DNA from: a virus
Taxonomy: Duplodnaviria > Caudoviricetes
Virus record (IMG/VR): IMGVR_UViG_3300020156_000445
Span: 1 to 53,512 of that record
Direction: 5' to 3' (one strand)
DNA: 53,512 nt
The number at the start of each line of letters is the position of its first letter. Within the stretch, counting starts at the first letter, position 1. The notes under the pieces are model-generated. The model had not been told where the DNA came from and made no database searches. It saw only the letters and a program-made list of their open reading frames with translations. Shown here in pieces: positions 44,551 to 52,693 of this stretch. Made by a program: the position numbers and the translations under genes.

Positions 44551-44891
44551 TCCTTCGACTCTCCGCGCATGAATTGGCCGGTGTTTGCCATCTGGGCAGG
44601 CGGCCCGTAGGTGATCTGGTAGCCGCTCAGTCGCAGCGCGTCCACCACCTCGCGGGCGACGCGGGTCGTGGCGTCGTCACCTGGCTTGCGGTCGCTGAGC
44701 CAGGAGCGGCGGCGCGCCAGCACCACCTTGATGCCGACCTCTAACTCCATCGACGGCACGGGGTTGCCGGCCAGCACACCGGCCGCCCGGCGCGCCAGCT
44801 CACGGTACTGGTCGCGCAGCTGCTCGCTCGTTTCGGACCACGCCTCACGGCCACCGCACATCGCCTGCGCCGCACGCTCGATCTGGTCCAT
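44547..44891 (-). CDS. Hypothetical protein
   Basis: GGAG RBS; MDQIERAAQAMC start. Confidence 0.6.
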   Translation of the reverse strand: MDQIERAAQAMCGGREAWSETSEQLRDQYRELARRAAGVLAGNPVPSMELEVGIKVVLARRRSWLSDRKPGDDATTRVAREVVDALRLSGYQITYGPPAQMANTGQFMRGESKE

Positions 44892-44929
44892 GACCCTGCT
44901 CCATCCCTGGGATCATAAACCTATCAACG

Positions 44930-44944
44930 GAATATAAGGAGAAC
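44930..44944 (+). promoter_or_regulatory. LexA-box-like site overlapping the RBS of the GNAT-like gene
   Basis: GAAT-ATAAGGA-GAAC (one mismatch to GAAC-N7-GAAC) in a 60-bp divergent spacer. Confidence 0.5.
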
Positions 44945-44951
44945 AAGCGCC

Positions 44952-45674
44952 ATGAGCGCCACCCTGAATCGTGCCCTGGTCGAGACCCTGCCCATCACCG
45001 GCCCGCACGCGGAGACGCTGCGGGCCGCCCGTGACGCGCTGTGCTCCGTCGCCCTGGCGCAGGGTCTGACGGTGGTGCTGTCCACCGACTGGAACGCCCT
45101 GTTGGATCTGAACCGCCGGCACGTCGACACGTGGCTCCCCCTGATGCACCAGCCCAACGGCGAAGACGCGTTCTGGCTGGCCGCGGTCGATCGCGACGGC
45201 GAGGTGGTCAGCACCCATGCCGGCGTGCTGATGGACTGCGGCGCCGCGAGCTTCGGCGACCGGCTGTCCGACCTGTCATTCTTCTACGCGCGGCCCGACA
45301 TCGAGGCGGCAGCCGGGGAGCGGTGCTTCTGCGCCAGCGACACGGCGTTCCAGACGCGCGGCCGGGTGGTCTATCTCACGGCCGGCTGGACGCACCCCAG
45401 CGCGCGCGGCAAGGGGCTGCTGCACCTGCTCGGGCGGCTGGTCCGCCTGATCGCGTGGGACCGCTGGGCGCCGCACTGGTGGTGCGGGATGGTGGCGCCC
45501 GACATCGCGCCGCTGTGGTCGGAGGAGAAGGCCGGCCGGCGCTTCCTGGAGAGCCGGCCCACCATCCTGTACCAGAACCCGGCGGCGGGCTTCGACTACC
45601 CGCCGTACCGCTTCATCCGGTTCGGCCGGCCGGGCGTGCACCTGGACATGCAGCAGGTGGCGCAGGGAGGGTGA
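44952..45674 (+). CDS. GNAT-like acyltransferase-fold protein
   Basis: WTHPSARGKGL acyl-CoA-binding motif A; AFWLAAVDRDGEVV strands; strong RBS. Confidence 0.65.
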   Translation: MSATLNRALVETLPITGPHAETLRAARDALCSVALAQGLTVVLSTDWNALLDLNRRHVDTWLPLMHQPNGEDAFWLAAVDRDGEVVSTHAGVLMDCGAASFGDRLSDLSFFYARPDIEAAAGERCFCASDTAFQTRGRVVYLTAGWTHPSARGKGLLHLLGRLVRLIAWDRWAPHWWCGMVAPDIAPLWSEEKAGRRFLESRPTILYQNPAAGFDYPPYRFIRFGRPGVHLDMQQVAQGG

Positions 45675-45700
45675 TTCCGGCGAATTGCCGGAATTGGAGA

Positions 45701-45729
45701 AAGGGGGCTTCACCGAGTGAAGCCCCCTT
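45701..45729. terminator. Bidirectional hairpin between convergent genes
   Basis: AAGGGGGCTTCAC-cga-GTGAAGCCCCCTT 13-bp stem. Confidence 0.7.
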
Positions 45730-45744
45730 CCGTCGCGTCGGCGC

Positions 45745-46056
45745 CTATTGGTCCAACCGGCTCAGCAGTTCTTCCACGAATTGCGCACCCGCGTCAGGGA
45801 ACGCGTGGTAGCCCACCTGCCGCGTCAGTTCCGAAACCTCCGTGCTGAACCGTTCGCTGTCGCGTTCGCTGACCTCGAACAGCCGGCGGTGAAGTTCGGA
45901 GCCTTCCAGGGCCGTCAGGTCGGCAGCAATGCGGTCGAGCATTTCCGCCGCCCTGTTATTGCGACTGGCGTCCCCGGGGAATTCGTCCGCCTTCCGGCGG
46001 CGCCATTCGGCAGACGATTCCACGTTGAAGCCAACCAGCATTCCGATGTCGATCAT
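45745..46056 (-). CDS. Hypothetical protein
   Basis: GGAG RBS; AEWRRRKADEFPGD..NRAAEML. Confidence 0.65.
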   Translation of the reverse strand: MIDIGMLVGFNVESSAEWRRRKADEFPGDASRNNRAAEMLDRIAADLTALEGSELHRRLFEVSERDSERFSTEVSELTRQVGYHAFPDAGAQFVEELLSRLDQ

Positions 46057-46175
46057 TTGCGCTTCTCCACGTTGAGGGTGAGGAAGCGCCGCATTTTCAG
46101 CTTGGGTGTCACGTCGACATTGGCAGCGCTTCCGAAGAATAGCAGGTGCTGATGGGGTTGCAAGTTTCTCAAAAG

Positions 46176-46676
46176 TCACGCGTGCACGCAGCTGAGCACG
46201 GCGCGGGTGCCGCTGGCGTCCTGCCAACCCAACAGCGTGTGCTGGTAGTCCAGCGGCCGAGCAAGGCCGCTCACCCGCAGCTGGTTCACCACCGGCGCGC
46301 GGATGTCCAGCGCCTCGGCGTAGCTGGCGGCGAGCACCCGGCCGAAGTCGGTGCGCTCGTCCGCCTCCGCCGGGCGCCCGAGGTTCGATCGGGCCCACGC
46401 GCTGCCCATGTACTTGACGGTCGTCTGGCCGATGAATCTCCAGAGGAGAGGGCCACCCGGCTCGGCGGCGAGGAGCACGCACCGGCTGAGCAGGCCGGTG
46501 CGCTTCAGGTAGTCCAGCACCGGCCGGCAGAGACTGGCGTGCTTGCCGCACTCCGCGACGATCGCCTGCTGCCAGTCCTCCATGGTGCCGCTCGCCTGAC
46601 GCTCGATCTCGGCGCGCACGAGGCTGGGGCGGGCGGTGGCCGGGTTCACCGGCACGATGCACGCGGCGACGGTCAT
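46176..46676 (-). CDS. Stand-alone PAS-like domain protein (PAS_5-like)
   Basis: LLWRFIGQ..LGRP..SYAEAL..PVVN..LDYQHTLLGW..AVLS follows the PAS_5 strand/helix pattern; start overlaps upstream stop. Confidence 0.55.
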   Translation of the reverse strand: MTVAACIVPVNPATARPSLVRAEIERQASGTMEDWQQAIVAECGKHASLCRPVLDYLKRTGLLSRCVLLAAEPGGPLLWRFIGQTTVKYMGSAWARSNLGRPAEADERTDFGRVLAASYAEALDIRAPVVNQLRVSGLARPLDYQHTLLGWQDASGTRAVLSCVHA

Positions 46677-47584
46677 GCGGCGCGCTCCTTCAGGTAGACG
46701 GTGATGGCGGCGCCGTAGGCGGTGCGGAACTGGTCGGGCGTGATGCCGGCGGCCGTGGTCGCGGCGTCCACCATCTCGATGGTGGGCAGCTCCGGCGGCG
46801 CGGCGTGCGCGGGGGCTTCGGCCGCGAACTCCTCCACGATGTCGGCGAGGGGGTCGACCGCCGGCGTCACTGCCTGCATGCCGGCTAAAAGGCCGCTCTC
46901 CACCACGACCTCCGGCTGGGTATCCAGCACATCGCCATCCCCGGCCATGCCAGCCAGCAGCGCCCGGATGACGTGGAGGGCCTTGAGATCGTCGTCGTCC
47001 GCGGAATCGGTCGGCAGGCCATCGTGGACGCACAGCAGCCTGTCCAGCAGCGCCACCACGTCGGCGAAGGTCTTGGGCTCGGCAGCCAGGATCGCCCTGC
47101 GGATGGCGCGCAACTGCGTGTAGAGTTCGTCGCGCAGGTCTTCGGTGATGTCGTCCTCGCCCCGCAACGTATCGTGCCGTTCGGCCAGCTTCGCGGCTTT
47201 GGCGGCGGCCTCGGCGAAGGTCATGCCCAGGCTGGGGATGGTGGTGGAGGTCACGTCCACGGAGATGGGCGCCTGCTGACCCGTCAGCCGCTCGACCGCG
47301 CGCTTGGCGGCACCAATCAGCTTGGCGATGTGCGCGTTCGTGGTCGGCGCGTCGCTGCGCCCCACCTCGGCGACGAAGAAGCTGACGATCTGCGCGGCGT
47401 CGCTGTCGGTCTCCGGCTGGCGCTCGGCGATGGCGGCCACCAGCTCGCCGAACTCGTCCATCGCCGCGGTGATCTCGCTCCACTGCGTGTCGGAGTTCAG
47501 CGTGTCGGCGCGGGCGATGATGGCGAGCGCCCGTTCGACCAGGGCGGGGAGGGTGAAGGTGCTTTCGGTCATGCTCGTCTCCAT
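46673..47584 (-). CDS. Phage hypothetical protein
   Basis: Coupled operon; acidic helical protein. Confidence 0.7.
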   Translation of the reverse strand: METSMTESTFTLPALVERALAIIARADTLNSDTQWSEITAAMDEFGELVAAIAERQPETDSDAAQIVSFFVAEVGRSDAPTTNAHIAKLIGAAKRAVERLTGQQAPISVDVTSTTIPSLGMTFAEAAAKAAKLAERHDTLRGEDDITEDLRDELYTQLRAIRRAILAAEPKTFADVVALLDRLLCVHDGLPTDSADDDDLKALHVIRALLAGMAGDGDVLDTQPEVVVESGLLAGMQAVTPAVDPLADIVEEFAAEAPAHAAPPELPTIEMVDAATTAAGITPDQFRTAYGAAITVYLKERAA

Positions 47585-48222
47585 CAGGCGGCAGCGGCGT
47601 TGGAGTGCTCCAGCCCGTAGGCCAGCACTTCGGCGATTGCAGGATGCGCGAGGATGCGGCGAACCAGCGGCCCGGCGCTGGGCTTCACGAGCCGCACGAG
47701 GTCCGGCAGCACGTCCGTGGCGGCGTTGCGTTCCGCCTCTTCGTCGTCCAGATCGAACCGCGCCACCGCAACCACCTTGGCGAACACGCCGAAGATGGAC
47801 GTCGCCTCAGCCGCGCACAGGCGGTTCAGGTGGTCGCCGGCGCGGTCGCACGCTTCATCCACGCGGCGCCACGCCGCCACGATCTCCGGGTGCTCTCGGT
47901 CGGCGACGTCGCCCAGGCGTACCCACATGGCTTGCAGCTCCACGTTCAGCCGATCCACCTCCGCCACTCCATCCAGCCAGTCGAGACAGGCGCGGAGCAA
48001 GATCGTGTCGGGCTCGATGCACGCGACGGCGTGCGCCTCGGTGTCGAATGCCGCCAGCGCGTCGCTGAACGGGTCAGCGGCGGCGGAGGGCGCACCAGCG
48101 GCAGCCAGGGCAACGACGCCAGCGCCGGCCATCAAGGCGCGCCGTGACAGGCGGGCGCCGCTGTCGGCCATGTGTTGGATTTGCCCCCCGCTGGGGGGTG
48201 CGGTATTGTCCGGCTCGATCAT
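47584..48222 (-). CDS. Phage hypothetical protein with Tat-like N-terminal motif
   Basis: LSRRALMAGAGVVALAAAG; AEATSIFGVFAK. Confidence 0.7.
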   Translation of the reverse strand: MIEPDNTAPPSGGQIQHMADSGARLSRRALMAGAGVVALAAAGAPSAAADPFSDALAAFDTEAHAVACIEPDTILLRACLDWLDGVAEVDRLNVELQAMWVRLGDVADREHPEIVAAWRRVDEACDRAGDHLNRLCAAEATSIFGVFAKVVAVARFDLDDEEAERNAATDVLPDLVRLVKPSAGPLVRRILAHPAIAEVLAYGLEHSNAAAA

Positions 48223-48616
48223 CGCTGAGGCCTCACCTAGTGGTTGATCGCCGGCCGGTCGGGGAGGTCGAGACCCCGGCCGGCCAACTCATTTCAGCAG
48301 CGCATCGGGGTCGAGCCGATCCGCCACGTTCGCGGAAAGCCTGAGCTTTGCCGCAACCCTTACGATCTCAGAAGAGAAATCTTAATGAATTGCTTAAGCC
48401 CTGAGGTTGTGCGGAGGTGCGACAGTTTGAAACGGTCGCTGCTGATAGGTTTCGTGCACTGACGTGTCATATCTGGATATGCGTTTTGCATGTGCGAATG
48501 CGTGCTATGTTCTTATCGTGTGCTTCGGGAACTACCATCATATGCACTTTGACTGGCGTTTTTTGTAGTGCATTTGCTCGTATGGTGCTTGAACTGCCCC
48601 AGTTGAAGAGCAGTCC

Positions 48617-49015
48617 TCAGCAATGGCGTCGATCAGGCGCCGGCGCGCCGCCTTCGTTCTCCCATCCGTCGGTGTCGGTGGCGTACCGCTGGCGAACCTG
48701 GGCGATGATCTCCGGCGGGCCGACGTGGATGATGGCGGCCAGCTGGTCCTGCGCCGCAGCCAGCGCGCGTTCGGCAGCCATGCGTGGCGCCTCGGGCGTT
48801 CCGTCGACGTGCATCCGGATGACGAGGTGGTTGAGCCGGTCAACCTCGTTCTGAGCCTGCCGGATTGCCTCCAGGTGGCGGCGCAGCTCGGCAGCCTCGA
48901 TGCGCATCTCGGCCATCTGGCGGTCGTGGAAGGCCGCGCTGACGACGGCTTCGGCGTCGGCGCCGGCAAGGCTGAGGCGTTCGCGGCCGTGGGGCGCGTT
49001 GCGGGGCTGTGGCAT
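48617..49015 (-). CDS. Hypothetical protein divergent from the XRE regulator
   Basis: ORF with coiled-coil segment; plausible RBS. Confidence 0.55.
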   Translation of the reverse strand: MPQPRNAPHGRERLSLAGADAEAVVSAAFHDRQMAEMRIEAAELRRHLEAIRQAQNEVDRLNHLVIRMHVDGTPEAPRMAAERALAAAQDQLAAIIHVGPPEIIAQVRQRYATDTDGWENEGGAPAPDRRHC

Positions 49016-49095
49016 GGGACGCCTGTGGGTGTTGCTATTGGAGTATGATTACCCTTATGATGTAGCGCATTCGGTTTTGGAAGGCAACCATAAAG

Positions 49096-49374
49096 ATGAA
49101 CAATTACCCTAAAGGGGAAATTACGCCATTCCTGTGCCGGCTTGGGCGCGAAGCGGCGGGCTGGTCACAGCAGCAGCTTGCCGAAGCAGTGCGCGTGACG
49201 AAGAAGACCATCGCGAGTTTCGAGACGGGGAGAACCAATCCCCAGCGCCGGACACTTGAGGACATCCAGACTGCGCTAGAGGCCCAAGGTGTCGAGTTCA
49301 TCCCCGCCGGCGCCTATCAGGGCGAGGGCGGGCCGGGCGTGCGGCTGCGGGCCGCGCCTTCCGCCGAATCGTAG
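49096..49374 (+). CDS. XRE-family HTH transcriptional regulator (candidate repressor)
   Basis: RLGREAAGWSQQQLAEAVRVTKKTIASFETG..ALEAQGVEFI..GVRL. Confidence 0.9.
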   Translation: MNNYPKGEITPFLCRLGREAAGWSQQQLAEAVRVTKKTIASFETGRTNPQRRTLEDIQTALEAQGVEFIPAGAYQGEGGPGVRLRAAPSAES

Positions 49375-49439
49375 CGTAGAAGGGGCATTGTTGCGTCGGC
49401 ATCCTCGCCTTCGGTGGCATCCATGCCGGAGAGGGCAGA

Positions 49440-49793
49440 ATGCGCGAGCGGCATTCCGATAGCGGTCCCCGTGCGGGACGCGTCCCACGCACCGATCCGG
49501 AACTCGCCGCGCTGCTGCCGGACGGCCCGTCGATCACCGTGAAGCAGGCGGCGTCCCTGCTCAGCATCGACATCAGTTCCGTCTACAAGGCGGTGCACCG
49601 CGGCGAGCTGCGCGGGCACAGGGTGGGGAAACGCGCGGTGCGGATCTACCTGAACTCCGTCGACGCCTACAGGCAGGCGAGGGAGATCCACCCGCCAGCG
49701 CCGACGCCGGCGCCTACGCGGCGTGCAAGTGCTCGGCAGCCGTCCGCGGCGCACCTGGAAGCCGTCAGGTTCTTGGATAGCCTCGGGGCATGA
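49440..49793 (+). CDS. Excisionase-like HTH_17 protein
   Basis: ITVKQAASLLSIDISSVYKAVHRGELRGHRVGKRAVRI. Confidence 0.85.
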   Translation: MRERHSDSGPRAGRVPRTDPELAALLPDGPSITVKQAASLLSIDISSVYKAVHRGELRGHRVGKRAVRIYLNSVDAYRQAREIHPPAPTPAPTRRASARQPSAAHLEAVRFLDSLGA

Positions 49794-50218
49794 TAGATCG
49801 ACATACCGGGAGTGGATTTGTGGGTGTGAGCGCTGGCGTGGCGGATAGCGGCGAAGCGGCCGCCCTGTGCCTCGACGTTGCCCGCGCCACGGTGCGTCGC
49901 AGTGTCGGCGACGCGCCGCCGTTGGTGCAGACCATCGGCGAGGATCTGGCCGAAGTGCTCGCTCAGGAACTGGCGGCCCGGCTTGCCGCCGTGATGCCGG
50001 CAGCGTTGGTCCGCTCGATCGGCGAAGACCTGCTGGAGGGCGCCGACGCCATTGCCGAATTCATCTACGGCGATCCCGGCGACAGGCGGAAAGTCTACCA
50101 CCTCGTTCAGCACGGCCGCTTCCCGGCCTTTCGCATGGGCGCCACCGTGTGCGCTCGGAAGTCGACCATCCTCGCGTGGATCAAGCAGCAGGAGGGTGGT
50201 GGCTTGAACCACCAATGA
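49790..50218 (+). CDS. Excisionase-like DNA-binding protein
   Basis: LLEGADAIAEFIYG..RRKVYHL..PAFRMGATVCARKSTILAWI. Confidence 0.8.
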   Translation: MIDRHTGSGFVGVSAGVADSGEAAALCLDVARATVRRSVGDAPPLVQTIGEDLAEVLAQELAARLAAVMPAALVRSIGEDLLEGADAIAEFIYGDPGDRRKVYHLVQHGRFPAFRMGATVCARKSTILAWIKQQEGGGLNHQ

Positions 50219-50365
50219 CGGGCTCCATACCGGTGCCACGAGAAAACTCTTCTGCGAAAGTGCGGCCTTTTGGATTCCCTGCGATCATATGTCTCTTAAT
50301 TGTCGACAACGCGAAGATACCTTTCTACCATAGGGCGAAGCGCCTGTTCGAAAATGGAGGGATCG

Positions 50366-50761
50366 ATGCGTGGCTTCCCGAGATATCTCGCTCCGACGGT
50401 GCTTCTTGGTTTGATCATTGGGGGCTGCGCACAAGGGCACGTCCAGTGGGTCCGTGCATCTTGGTCAACTGTCCCTGTCGAGGCCGCTAACGCGCGGTGC
50501 CAGTACGAGACTACGGCCCTCTCCCCACTTCAGGGAGGCGGGCTCCTCTACCAGATCGCCGCGCAGAATAACCTATTCACACGATGCATGGCAGCGCAGG
50601 GTTGGAACCAAGTATTCGTGCCCGCGGCGGCATCTGGTCAGGTGTTCCGCGCGGCAGACCCAGCTCCAACTTCCACGGCGACGAACTGCTCCTACTCGGG
50701 TGGCAGGACCTGGGCGTCTGCCGAATGGTGCAAGAATGGGCTCGGTGGATCACCGGACTGA
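50366..50761 (+). CDS. Lipoprotein moron
   Basis: GGAGG RBS; LIIGGC lipobox; C..CMAAQGW motif. Confidence 0.7.
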   Translation: MRGFPRYLAPTVLLGLIIGGCAQGHVQWVRASWSTVPVEAANARCQYETTALSPLQGGGLLYQIAAQNNLFTRCMAAQGWNQVFVPAAASGQVFRAADPAPTSTATNCSYSGGRTWASAEWCKNGLGGSPD

Positions 50762-50839
50762 CCGATGCGGACTTCGTGACCGGCTGAACCGTGACCGCGC
50801 GCTGGATCTGGGGGGCGGTGCCGCCGCTGTGAGGCAAGA

Positions 50840-51223
50840 ATGACCAATCAGGCTAATCTGCGTGGCCCCGGTGCAGCGGCGGGGCAGAAGTCCAGCACCT
50901 CGCCTGGTGGTCAGCCGCAGCTTTCGCCGGACGATCTACTGCGGGCGCTCGCCGCCCTCCTCGCGCCGTTGCTTCAGCCGCTGGCGCAAACGTCAGCGGC
51001 CGAAGCGGACGAGCCGAAGGCGCCGCCTGAACCATCCATCCAGAAACAGGCCTTCACGGTGACGTCGTTCTGCAAGGCGCACGAGATCAGCACTCCGACC
51101 TACTACCGCCTCCGGAGGGAGGGAAAGGGACCGCGGGAAATGCGAGTCGGCTCGGATATCCGGATCAGCGTCGAAGCGGCGGCGGACTGGCGGCGCGCGC
51201 GCGAGGAAGATGGGAGGTCATGA
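50840..51223 (+). CDS. Excisionase/AlpA-like DNA-binding protein
   Basis: FTVTSFCKAHEISTPTYYRLRREGKGPREMRVG..ISVEAAADWR. Confidence 0.8.
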   Translation: MTNQANLRGPGAAAGQKSSTSPGGQPQLSPDDLLRALAALLAPLLQPLAQTSAAEADEPKAPPEPSIQKQAFTVTSFCKAHEISTPTYYRLRREGKGPREMRVGSDIRISVEAAADWRRAREEDGRS

Positions 51224-51228
51224 GCGGC

Positions 51229-51585
51229 TCATCCGGAGCCAGAGGAGGATACGACCTTCGCCTTCGGAGGGCAGCGCTCTACTCTGCCGCCTCGCCCGTC
51301 CGGAACACCGGCGCAGTTCTGCGCGCATGATCCTGGGCGGCGGGCAAGCGCGAATCTCAGGAAGTCTCGTCCCGACTTCGCCGGCCATTTATCCCAGATG
51401 ACCCGCTCGGTAAGGGCCCTGCGGGCCGCCTGAAAGTCCCTCGTGCCTGTCGAATGACGGCGGATTTGGCGGCTGGATCGGTCGTACCGTGACCGATACC
51501 AGATCCCCGATTGCCGTCCTGGCTTTTGCTCAAACCAGCAGTCTTGGAAAAAGCCGGGCTTTCCTGAGTGGTCTGGTGCGGACAT
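51229..51585 (-). pseudogene. Truncated integrase N-terminus (arm domain only)
   Basis: WYRSRYD..IRRHSTGTRDFQAARRAL resembles integrase arm domains; overlaps upstream xis-like gene; no catalytic domain. Confidence 0.55.
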
Positions 51586-51764
51586 GCGTCAACCGTCTGG
51601 CTGTTGATGAACGCCATGATTTGTGCCGGAGTATGGTAGATCCGCTTCAGGATTTGAATATATCCTATGCGCCCGGCTCGGCGAAGATTGCGTAAAGAGC
51701 TAAGTGAAATGCGCAACTCTTCAGCTGTTTCTGCCTCCGTGAGCATCATCGGGGCTATATTCAT
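51357..51764 (-). CDS. Excisionase-like HTH_17 protein
   Basis: MLTEAETAEELRISLSSLRNLRRAGRIGYI..IMAFI. Confidence 0.8.
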   Translation of the reverse strand: MNIAPMMLTEAETAEELRISLSSLRNLRRAGRIGYIQILKRIYHTPAQIMAFINSQTVDACPHQTTQESPAFSKTAGLSKSQDGNRGSGIGHGTTDPAAKSAVIRQARGTFRRPAGPLPSGSSGINGRRSRDETS

Positions 51765-51946
51765 TTTGTGAAGCTCGTTACGTTACACGATGACTGCTAT
51801 CATAGAATTCCCGATCTATCTATTCCATTTTGAAGTGCTCCGTCCTACTGCTTGCCATGGGGTAAATCTGTCGGCTGAGACATCGGCTCAATTTTGAGCG
51901 CATGTTCGGGGCCGCTGGGCCGGCCGGGACATCAACCCTATTTTGG

Positions 51947-52123
51947 GGGCATGATAGATCCCCAGATCTGGGTAGCTATCCAAATCTGGACAGCTATTCG
52001 CGGCTGGCAGCCCGGCCAGCTGGAACACCGGTCCAGATCTGGACGCATGTACGGGGCCGCGCGGCTGGGGCATCACCTCAATTTCGAGGGCATGATAGAT
52101 CCCCAGATCTGGGAAGCTATCCA
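51947..52123. repeat. 36-bp direct repeat pair with CCAGATCTGG palindromes
   Basis: 51947-51982 vs 52088-52123, 35/36 identical; third palindrome GTCCAGATCTGGAC at 52031-52044. Confidence 0.85.
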
Positions 52124-52432
52124 CGGCCGGCAGAGATTCCCGTGCACCGCAGCAGGTGCCCTGGAATCCCAAGGGGCCAGCGCCCGACGTCACCGGGGTA
52201 TCCCGGCGACCCGATCGCGGCGGCCGGGGTTCATGGGAAACCCCATAGACCCGCTGGCGGAATTTCGCGTTACGCACGACGTGTAACGCGCCGTAGATCA
52301 TGGGGCGGCTGCGGGCCTGCGCCGCCTCGGCAGGACGGGGATGCGCGACGTATGCCGGTGACAGGGTGACGATTCGACGCGCTAACCTGCCCGTCTACGA
52401 ACGCTCGTGTTCGCCTTCGTTCGGATGGAAAC

Positions 52433-52453
52433 TGTGGGACGTTGTGTGGGACG
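52433..52453 (+). repeat. TGTGGGACG x2, integrase arm-type sites (right)
   Basis: Same motif and 12-bp period as 7027-7047. Confidence 0.8.
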
Positions 52454-52508
52454 CCACCAGAACGCCAAGCTGAAAACCTATATATCTCAATGCTTTAAGC
52501 GGCAAAGG

Positions 52509-52598
52509 TGGCGGATGGGGTGGGATTCGAACCCACGGTAGGCTCGCACCTACGGCGGTTTTCAAGACCGCTGCCTTAAACCACTCGGCCACCCATCC
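52509..52598 (-). tRNA. tRNA-Ser (anticodon TGA), 90 nt, encoded CCA
   Basis: GGATGGG acceptor, TGGCCGAGTGG D arm, CT-TGA-AA loop, long variable arm, GGTTCGAATCC, CCATCCGCCA end. Confidence 0.98.
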
Positions 52599-52693
52599 AT
52601 ACCGGTTCGACGCACGGCGCCGGTCCGGCTTGATAGTCCGGCGCGTCTGCGGGGGTCAAGAGGCGGCGTGACGGCGGGCCGGAATCGCAAGCC

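Larger units (their letters stand above)
6883..52522. mobile_element. Prophage ~45.6 kb, temperate myovirus (lambda-like head, Mu/P2-like contractile tail) integrated at tRNA-Ser
   Basis: 14-bp att duplication, matching arm repeats at both ends, integrase, replication, terminase, head, tail, baseplate and lysis genes with open reading frames. Confidence 0.95.

Noticed and set aside
48509-48523. GTTC-N7-GTGC as another LexA box
   Set aside because: One mismatch and no clear link to a start site; too weak to call
51947-52123. 36-bp palindromic repeat pair as a CRISPR mini-array
   Set aside because: Only two copies, a 105-bp interval that itself resembles the sequence before copy 1, and no cas genes
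51888-52369. ORFs over the repeat block (51894..52286, 51888..52301, 51902..52369)
   Set aside because: No recognisable domain or clear RBS; repeated peptides simply mirror the DNA repeat
52395-52592. 65-aa ORF MAEWFKAAVLKT
   Set aside because: Translation of the tRNA-Ser gene
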